Positions 1-6,008 of a stretch of 10,325 bases of DNA are shown one piece after another (position 1 is the stretch's first letter; each line of letters opens with the position of its first letter). The notes below the pieces were generated by a model. The model saw only the letters and a list, made by a program, of their open reading frames with translations. It was not told the DNA's origin and ran no database searches. Source of the stretch: Candidatus Nanopusillus sp. (GTDB lineage: Archaea; Nanobdellota; Nanobdellia; Nanobdellales; Nanobdellaceae); NCBI GenBank assembly GCA_046536775.1, contig JAWDMD010000017.1, positions 1 through 10,325 on the forward strand, in the 5' to 3' direction. The translations under genes and the position numbers were made by a program.

Positions 1-37
1 TCATCAATACCAATCAATATGCAATTATACATAAATA

Positions 38-45
38 TTTTTATT
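38..45 (+). promoter_or_regulatory. TATA-like box (TTTTTATT) upstream of the deacetylase ATG 67
   Basis: The octamer is centred about 25-26 bp upstream of ATG 67. The motif is weak against an AT-rich background. Confidence 0.3.
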
Positions 46-66
46 ATAAGAAATTATTATAATGTT

Positions 67-951
67 ATGTTAATATTATATTCAAAATATTTATTATATC
101 ATAACGATCCAAACCATATAGAAAATAATAGAAGATTATTAGTAATAAAAAAATTGATAAAAAATGATTATAAGAAAATAGGAAGAATAAGGAAAGATAT
201 ATACAGATACATAAATTATGCACATAGTTGGAAATACATTAGGATGATAAAAAGAATGTGGAAAGATTCATATAAAAATAATAGGATTATTTATTTAGAT
301 TCTGATACATATATATCTCCTTTATCATTCTATTCCATCCTTAAATCTGTTGAAGGTGTACTAAAAAGTATAGAAATAAATGATAAATATATCTTTATAC
401 CTACAAGACCACCGGGCCATCATGTTCCAAGAAATCCATTAAATAATAATAAGTCTCTTGGCTTTTGTATATTTAATAATATTGCAATTGCTGGAATGTA
501 TGCAAGAAAAAGGTATAAAAATGTATTAATCTTTGATATAGATCTTCATCATGGAAATGGAACTCAAGATGTAATTGAGAATAAGAAAAATATTTATTAT
601 ATATCTACTCATGCAAAAAACATATATCCAAATACTGGTTTAGAATCTGAAAATAATTACTTTAATTTTCCATTAGATTTTAATATAGATGATAATTATT
701 ATATTGATTTATTAAAAAATGAAGTATTTCCTACAATTGAGGAAATAAGTCCAGAAATTATATTAGTATCTCTAGGATTTGATATGCATAAAAAAGACCC
801 ATTATCAGTATTTAATATTACATTAAAATCATATGAATACATTTTTAATTATTTAAAAAAATTCAATAAGGTTATATATATACTAGAAGGTGGATATAAT
901 GAGAGAGTAATTTATAATGGTATAAGTAGATTATTAAAAATATATGGATAA
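67..951 (+). CDS. Histone deacetylase / acetoin-utilization (AcuC) / acetylpolyamine amidohydrolase family deacetylase (arginase-deacetylase fold)
   Basis: The translation carries the family hallmarks in the right order: RPPGHH (tandem catalytic His), FDIDLHHGNGTQ (metal-binding D-x-H), GFDMHKKDPL (third metal ligand Asp) and LEGGYN (catalytic Tyr). I place the start at ATG 67 because MLILYSKYLLYH..H.EN.RRL matches the usual family N-terminus, and a TATA-like TTTTTATT (38-45) lies about 26 bp upstream. ATG 19 is the longest-ORF alternative. The stop is TAA 949-951. Confidence 0.85.
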   Translation: MLILYSKYLLYHNDPNHIENNRRLLVIKKLIKNDYKKIGRIRKDIYRYINYAHSWKYIRMIKRMWKDSYKNNRIIYLDSDTYISPLSFYSILKSVEGVLKSIEINDKYIFIPTRPPGHHVPRNPLNNNKSLGFCIFNNIAIAGMYARKRYKNVLIFDIDLHHGNGTQDVIENKKNIYYISTHAKNIYPNTGLESENNYFNFPLDFNIDDNYYIDLLKNEVFPTIEEISPEIILVSLGFDMHKKDPLSVFNITLKSYEYIFNYLKKFNKVIYILEGGYNERVIYNGISRLLKIYG

Positions 952-2044
952 TTTCTATTTAGGATTCTCAATAGCATCATTTCAAACAGAGGGAAATTAT
1001 AATAATCAAGATTGGTATTATTTTATTAAAAAGGGAAAGTTACCAGAAATAGATAATGCCTGTAATTTATGGGAAAAATATCTAGATATAATTCCAATAT
1101 TAATTGATCTAAATGCAAATGCTTTTAGATTTTCAATAGATTGGGCTAGAATATATCCCACTAAAAATAAGATAGATTATTATAGTATGAAAAAGTATGT
1201 AGAATTTACTGATAAATTAATAAAAAATAATATAGAACCATTTATAACCCTGTGGCATTATGTTAATCCCCTATGGTTTTATAATTTGGGTGGATGGGAG
1301 AATAAAGAAAATATAGAATATTTTGTTGATTATTCATATTTTATAATTGATACATTTTCGAAATTGGGAGTTAAGTATTTTATATCATTTAATGAACCAT
1401 GGATATATATATTATCCTCTTATATCTTTGGTAAATGGCCCCCATTTAAAAAAGTAAATTCAATAGAAGATTTAAAGAATACAATAGTAATATTAGATAA
1501 TATATTTTATGCAAATAAAGAATTATATAAAATAACTAAAGAATTTAATGTTTATTTGATATATACAGAAAATTTATCATTATTAAAATTACCATTTAAC
1601 TTTTTATTAAAGGATATAATAAGTTCAAATATTAATTTAATATTTCCAAAGGAAATAGATTTCTATGGAATAAACTATTATGGTTTATATAAAGATATAA
1701 AGGATATATATGAAAGAAAGCCATCCTTTAGTGTATCTATATTAGATGATATTCTAAAGAATTTGGATAAGCCAATATTTATAACAGAGAATGGAGTAAA
1801 TACTGAAGATGAATTTCAGAGGGTTAGAACTATTAAAAGATATTTACATTATTTTGTAAAAAACAGAAAAAAATATAATATAAAAGGATACTTTATTTGG
1901 TCTTTGATGGATAATTATGAGTGGGATTTTGGATATAATGCAAAATTTGGAATATTAAATAGAAATTTATCAAAAAAAGATTCATATTATGAGATAAAGG
2001 AAATATATAGAAAATTAAATCAAAAGCTTAATATATCCAAGTAA
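944..2044 (+). CDS. Glycoside hydrolase family 1 beta-glycosidase (beta-glucosidase/galactosidase-like), unusually compact at 366 aa
   Basis: GH1 motifs appear in the canonical order: SFQTEG near the N-terminus, FRFSIDWARIYP, TLWHY.NP, FNEPW (acid/base Glu), GINYY, ITENG (nucleophile Glu) and WSLMDNYEW..GY..KFG. ATG 944 overlaps the upstream stop within ATGGATAA. No signal peptide is present. Confidence 0.85.
   Translation: MDNFYLGFSIASFQTEGNYNNQDWYYFIKKGKLPEIDNACNLWEKYLDIIPILIDLNANAFRFSIDWARIYPTKNKIDYYSMKKYVEFTDKLIKNNIEPFITLWHYVNPLWFYNLGGWENKENIEYFVDYSYFIIDTFSKLGVKYFISFNEPWIYILSSYIFGKWPPFKKVNSIEDLKNTIVILDNIFYANKELYKITKEFNVYLIYTENLSLLKLPFNFLLKDIISSNINLIFPKEIDFYGINYYGLYKDIKDIYERKPSFSVSILDDILKNLDKPIFITENGVNTEDEFQRVRTIKRYLHYFVKNRKKYNIKGYFIWSLMDNYEWDFGYNAKFGILNRNLSKKDSYYEIKEIYRKLNQKLNISK
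1972..1978 (-). terminator. Oligo-T tract (T7 on the - strand), a possible terminator of the membrane-protein/tfs/signal-peptidase transcript, embedded in the GH1 coding sequence
   Basis: A7 on the + strand (the SKKDS codons of GH1) reads as T7 on the - strand, 37 nt downstream of the signal peptidase stop at 2015. Confidence 0.25.
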
Positions 2045-2524
2045 AGGTATTCTTAATATTCCTACCCCAATAATTCTATTTGGATCCATATTATTTTCTC
2101 CTTCAAATATTATTGGTCCTGGATTATTATCACCCATAATTATAAAGTTACTATTATTATAACCAACTATTCTATGAAAAATGTCCTCATTTTCATATAT
2201 CGATGATCCTTTATATAAAATTACATCACCAATTTTTAAATATTGCGTATTAATTGGTAAAATTATTATTATATCTCCAACATACAGTCCATTTGGGTAT
2301 GGAAATTGAGAAAATTCTTGTTGTGTAATGTTATATTGTTCATATTTTTGGAAATTAAAATAATAATGTTCCATGCTTGGTGATACTATTACTGAAAATA
2401 AAGGAGGGTATACAATTTGAATAATAAAATATACAATAAATATAAATAGTAGAAATAATATATCGCTTAAATAATCATCTCCAAAAAATATTCTTACTAT
2501 TAGTTTCTTTATTTTTTCAATCAT
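2015..2524 (-). CDS. Archaeal/eukaryotic-type signal peptidase I (S26B, Sec11/SipW-like)
   Basis: An N-terminal TM anchor (LFLLFIFIVYFIIQIV) is followed by VSPSME (nucleophile Ser box), GDIIII / IGDVILYK, FHRIVG (catalytic His box) and MGDNN (GDN box). The start is ambiguous. ATG 2524 gives an 8-nt overlap with the tfs stop. The ORF-track start at 2545 is a GTG and gives a 29-nt overlap. Confidence 0.8.
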   Translation of the reverse strand: MIEKIKKLIVRIFFGDDYLSDILFLLFIFIVYFIIQIVYPPLFSVIVSPSMEHYYFNFQKYEQYNITQQEFSQFPYPNGLYVGDIIIILPINTQYLKIGDVILYKGSSIYENEDIFHRIVGYNNSNFIIMGDNNPGPIIFEGENNMDPNRIIGVGILRIPLLGYIKLLI

Positions 2525-2831
2525 ATACTCTCCATGTATATCCACACTTCACACATCTATAAAATTTTGTTTCACCTTCATCTCCAGCTCTTGTTTGAAT
2601 AGACCAGAAATATGCCCCTTTATTTCCGCATTCAGGACATACAATCTCATTATCAATTGGATACAATTTATAATCTTCTTCCATAATTGTAATTTCTGAA
2701 GACTTATTTATATTTTCTGTAAGTAATAAAGAATTTGCATCTTTTACTTTCTCTTTATATCCACAATTTGGACATACCAAATAGTTATTTTCTTTCTTCA
2801 TCAAGCTTCCACATTTTGGACAAAATTTCAT
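2517..2831 (-). CDS. tfs: Transcription factor S (TFIIS-like transcript cleavage factor; RpoM/RPB9-related)
   Basis: The protein is 104 aa and has two 4-Cys zinc ribbons: CPKCG..CPNCG at the N-terminus, and CPECG...QTRAGDEGETKFYRCVKCG at the C-terminus. The acidic D-E hairpin of the TFIIS-type ribbon (canonical QTRSADE) is retained. The stop is TGA 2519-2517. Confidence 0.9.
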   Translation of the reverse strand: MKFCPKCGSLMKKENNYLVCPNCGYKEKVKDANSLLLTENINKSSEITIMEEDYKLYPIDNEIVCPECGNKGAYFWSIQTRAGDEGETKFYRCVKCGYTWRVYD

Positions 2832-2856
2832 AAGAATATTTTATATTGTAGAAATG

Positions 2857-2864
2857 TTTATAAA
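2857..2864 (-). promoter_or_regulatory. TATA box TTTATAAA (palindromic) upstream of tfs
   Basis: This consensus-like archaeal TATA octamer is centred about 29 bp upstream of ATG 2831. It overlaps the stop codon of the upstream membrane-protein gene. Confidence 0.4.
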
Positions 2865-3643
2865 CCTTCCACTTTTTTATTTATTCCCAAAAATATCCAA
2901 AATAAGGTAATGAAGAAGATGGCGATTGATATATTTATTTCAAATGAAAAATTATCTATAATATTTTCTAATTTATAATTAATAGTTTGATTTAATTGAT
3001 TTAGTTCTTCATTTATTGTTGAATTTAAGTTATTTAAGAATGTTTGATTTACATATGTTAAATTGTTATATAATATATATGCTCCATTTATATCACCATT
3101 ATTTTCTAAAATATTTATTGCTGTTTCATAACCACCAATATATGTATTCAACAAATTATATTCATATATCTGATATAGACCATTTATGTTTGAAACATAA
3201 AGATTTTCTAACTTATTATGTACAAATTGATTTACTATATTAATGAATATTGAACTGTTAAGAACAATGAATAAAATAGATAAAAAATAGATTAACATTG
3301 CAAAAAAGGAATATTCCTTTTTTATTATTTTAAATACAAAGAATAATAAAAATGTTATATATATGTTTATAAAATTATTAAACAATAAAAGACCAATAAC
3401 ATAATATATAATTCCAATAATTAAATAGAAGGCCTTATTTTCTACTTCTCTTGATAAATATGTTCCTAAATAGAATGTTATTAAAAAAGACATCAAACTA
3501 ATCGATAAGATAAATAAAATACCATAATTTATTGTTGAGGATAATAGATTATTTATTAAATCTAGGGAGTATATATAGGAAAAGTATAAAGCTATAGAAG
3601 ATTCTATATACAAAATTAATGATAATATATAATTTTTAATCAT
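2858..3643 (-). CDS. Hypothetical polytopic membrane protein with an Asn-rich extracytoplasmic loop
   Basis: The 261-aa ORF starts at ATG 3643 and has about 5 N-terminal hydrophobic helices. These are followed by a roughly 95-aa N/L/I-rich soluble segment with several N-x-S/T sequons (NLT, NQT, NST, NQT, NFS, NIS) and a final TM (ISIAIFFITLFWIFLGI). I recognise no family motif. It is called as coding from its length in a stop-rich AT genome and its tight packing with neighbours. Confidence 0.6.
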   Translation of the reverse strand: MIKNYILSLILYIESSIALYFSYIYSLDLINNLLSSTINYGILFILSISLMSFLITFYLGTYLSREVENKAFYLIIGIIYYVIGLLLFNNFINIYITFLLFFVFKIIKKEYSFFAMLIYFLSILFIVLNSSIFINIVNQFVHNKLENLYVSNINGLYQIYEYNLLNTYIGGYETAINILENNGDINGAYILYNNLTYVNQTFLNNLNSTINEELNQLNQTINYKLENIIDNFSFEINISIAIFFITLFWIFLGINKKVEGL

Positions 3644-3664
3644 AAATTAGTTTTTTTAATAAAA

Positions 3665-3672
3665 TTTTTAAA
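3665..3672. promoter_or_regulatory. Central TATA-like element (TTTTTAAA / TTTAAAAA) of the divergent 52-bp intergenic region
   Basis: The element sits at the midpoint between ATG 3643 (- strand) and ATG 3696 (+ strand), about 26-27 bp from each. A-rich BRE-like sequence lies on both sides. Confidence 0.4.
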
Positions 3673-3695
3673 GATATTTTAATAAAGTATGAAGA

Positions 3696-4490
3696 ATGGA
3701 TTTATATCCAATAATATTGGGAATAATCCAAGGTATTAGTGAATGGTTGCCAATAAGTAGTAAAACACAAATTCTAATAGCTTCAAACTATTTACTAAAT
3801 ATTAGTGCGTCGATCGGATATACATTTGGATTATTTATGGAGATTGGAACTGTATTATCTGCTTTATTATACTTTAGGAATGATATATATCAAATATTAA
3901 GGGATAAAAAAATGTTATACTATATAATCATTGCAATAATTTTTACGGGGTTAGTTGGCGCTCCTTTATATATTATTTCTGATAAATTATTGGAAAATGC
4001 ATATAATATATCCATACCAATGATAATTTTAGGATCAATACTTATTTTAGATGGAATCTATATATACTATACAAGGAATAAGATAAAAATAAAGGATAAA
4101 AAGGATCTTAATTTAAGAGATATAATTATTATTGGAATTGCACAGGGGCTTGCTGCTCTACCTGGTGTTAGTAGATCTGGAATTACAGTATCAACTATGT
4201 TATTAATGGAATATGATCCAAAATTTGCTTTTTCTCTTTCATATATTCTATATATACCAGCAGCCCTTGGAGCATTCTTTCTAACTATATTAGCTTCTAA
4301 ATCTAATATCATGTATGTGACATCCAATATAGGATATTATGGAATTCTAACTGCAATAATTGTTTCATTCATAGTTGGTTATCTAACCATTGGTATCTTG
4401 ATGAAATTAGCAAAAAGTAAAAAAATATATTATATCGACTATATACTCGGTAGTATAGCAATAATAGTTAGTCTAATAGGTTTGATATAG
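3696..4490 (+). CDS. uppP: Undecaprenyl-diphosphatase (UppP/BacA family); in archaea probably a polyprenyl/dolichyl-diphosphate phosphatase
   Basis: BacA motifs are present: GIIQGISEWLPISSKTQ (the (E/Q)xxxE + PxSS motif) and ALPGVSRSGITVSTML (the PGxSRSG motif). The protein is hydrophobic throughout, about 264 aa, with multiple TM helices. The stop is TAG 4488-4490. Confidence 0.85.
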   Translation: MDLYPIILGIIQGISEWLPISSKTQILIASNYLLNISASIGYTFGLFMEIGTVLSALLYFRNDIYQILRDKKMLYYIIIAIIFTGLVGAPLYIISDKLLENAYNISIPMIILGSILILDGIYIYYTRNKIKIKDKKDLNLRDIIIIGIAQGLAALPGVSRSGITVSTMLLMEYDPKFAFSLSYILYIPAALGAFFLTILASKSNIMYVTSNIGYYGILTAIIVSFIVGYLTIGILMKLAKSKKIYYIDYILGSIAIIVSLIGLI

Positions 4491-4505
4491 GTTAAAATAT
4501 AATAA

Positions 4506-4513
4506 TTTATATA
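4506..4513 (+). promoter_or_regulatory. TATA box TTTATATA upstream of the surface-protein gene
   Basis: This is a perfect match to the archaeal TTTAWATA consensus, centred 26-27 bp upstream of ATG 4536. Confidence 0.5.
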
Positions 4514-4535
4514 TTTGAATTAGAACATAATATAC

Positions 4536-5951
4536 ATGGATTGGAGAAAGCTTTTGTTAGGTATGTTAATGATACCAGCTATGTTAGAAATATATTCGCA
4601 GCAGCCAATAGTTGGATATCCAGTGGTAATAAATAATCAGATTAATATATCTAATCCAAATAGTTATGCGGTATATGAAATAGATATATATAATCCAACA
4701 AATTATACATATTATTATGATATTTCTCCATTATCCTCTCAATGGTTCTTTACCATAGGGGAAAATAATACAATGATTTCTGGATACTTATATCCTAATC
4801 AATTAGAGAACATAAAAATATATATGAGACCTCTAGGTTTTATTAATCAAATACCTGAAATAGTTGTATATTTGCATAATATAAATATTACCTCAGAATA
4901 TTATTCAGATATAATTCAATTTACTCCATTATTGTATTATAATCAACCAACTATGACAAATTCAACCACAATTTTACCATTATCAGTAAACTTTGAATTA
5001 TCTAGCTCAACAGCAACTCAAAATAGCTTTATATATCTAATAGGAATAATAAACAACCCAAATAATTACAGTCAAAATTTATCAATTAATATATCTTCAG
5101 ATATCAATTTTTCGGCTTTTTATAATGAGACATTGAGTCCTGGAGTAAATATATATCAAATTCCAATATTTATATTGAATAATGTTTCTGTAGGAGATCA
5201 CCAATTAGTAATATATTCAAATAATAATATATATTATCTAAATTTCACGGTTTTTCAATTAAATACAACCCCAATAATAGAAATAAATAAAAATGGATTA
5301 GAATATATAATAAATATAACAAACCTATATAATTATCCAATTAATTATACATACTATTTGCAAAGTTATTACGGAATATTTTCTACCTTTTATCCAAATC
5401 AATATTATACTGGTAATATAAATGGATCTAAATATGCTATATATAATGTATTTTTATTACCGGGACAATCTTATACAATATATGAAAACTTTAATTATCT
5501 ATTATTAGCTGAAATTATAGCTTCAATATTGATAATATTATTTGTAGTATTCTATGTACTATTAAGAGATAATGTAGAGATATCAAAAGAAATATTGAAG
5601 ATTGATCTAGATAAAGAAACTGTAGATATAACAATAAATATAAAAAATAAGAGTATATTTCCATTAAATCAAGTTAAATTAATAGATAGAGTAAACGCAC
5701 CATTAAAAGTAAAAGAATATAAAATTGTAGAACCATCCTCAGTTTATAAAGTAGATAGTAACTATAGCTTGAATTGGAAATTTGACAATATAAGAAGAAA
5801 TGAAGAAATAGTTATTTCTTATACATTAGAAGCAAAAGATATAAAGGAATATAAAAATATAGAATTACCAAAAGCAGAACTAAGATATAAGTATTTAATT
5901 TGGGATAGGGTTAAATATTCTAATGGATTAATTATAAGAATTACGAAATAA
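4536..5951 (+). CDS. Hypothetical type-I membrane / surface glycoprotein built from beta-sandwich (CARDB/DUF11-like) modules
   Basis: The N-terminus MDWRKLLLGMLMIPAMLEIYS looks like a signal peptide. It is followed by a roughly 300-aa N/Y/I-rich ectodomain with 16 N-x-S/T sequons by hand count. A single TM follows (LLLAEIIASILIILFVVFYVLL, then R/K), then a roughly 130-aa C-terminal module (VDITINIKN...LNWKFDNIRRNEEIVISYTLEA) with the pattern typical of DUF11/CARDB-type folds. The domain call is pattern-based, not from a database search. Confidence 0.65.
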   Translation: MDWRKLLLGMLMIPAMLEIYSQQPIVGYPVVINNQINISNPNSYAVYEIDIYNPTNYTYYYDISPLSSQWFFTIGENNTMISGYLYPNQLENIKIYMRPLGFINQIPEIVVYLHNINITSEYYSDIIQFTPLLYYNQPTMTNSTTILPLSVNFELSSSTATQNSFIYLIGIINNPNNYSQNLSINISSDINFSAFYNETLSPGVNIYQIPIFILNNVSVGDHQLVIYSNNNIYYLNFTVFQLNTTPIIEINKNGLEYIINITNLYNYPINYTYYLQSYYGIFSTFYPNQYYTGNINGSKYAIYNVFLLPGQSYTIYENFNYLLLAEIIASILIILFVVFYVLLRDNVEISKEILKIDLDKETVDITINIKNKSIFPLNQVKLIDRVNAPLKVKEYKIVEPSSVYKVDSNYSLNWKFDNIRRNEEIVISYTLEAKDIKEYKNIELPKAELRYKYLIWDRVKYSNGLIIRITK

Positions 5952-5958
5952 TTTCCAC

Positions 5959-5963
5959 TTTTT
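5959..5963 (+). terminator. Oligo-T tract (T5), a possible archaeal intrinsic terminator after the surface-protein gene
   Basis: The T5 run starts 8 nt after the TAA at 5949-5951, and further T-runs follow at 5979-5982 and 5984-5988. Archaeal RNAP terminates at oligo-T, but T-runs are common in this composition. Confidence 0.25.
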
Positions 5964-5978
5964 AGTTAATCTTTAATC

Positions 5979-5986
5979 TTTTATTT
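5979..5986 (+). promoter_or_regulatory. Weak TATA-like box (TTTTATTT) upstream of the OFOR beta gene
   Basis: The octamer is centred 26-27 bp upstream of ATG 6009, but the motif is degenerate. Confidence 0.3.
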
Positions 5987-6008
5987 TTAGGTATATATTA
6001 TCTATATC

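Noticed and set aside
19-66. N-terminal extension of the deacetylase from ATG 19 (MQLYINIFIIRNYYNV...).
   Set aside because: The extension has no counterpart in the HDAC-family N-terminus, which begins near the ...Y....Y..H motif found right after Met at 67. It would also overlay the TATA-like element at 38-45. I keep it as an alternative because the upstream sequence is cut off by the window edge.
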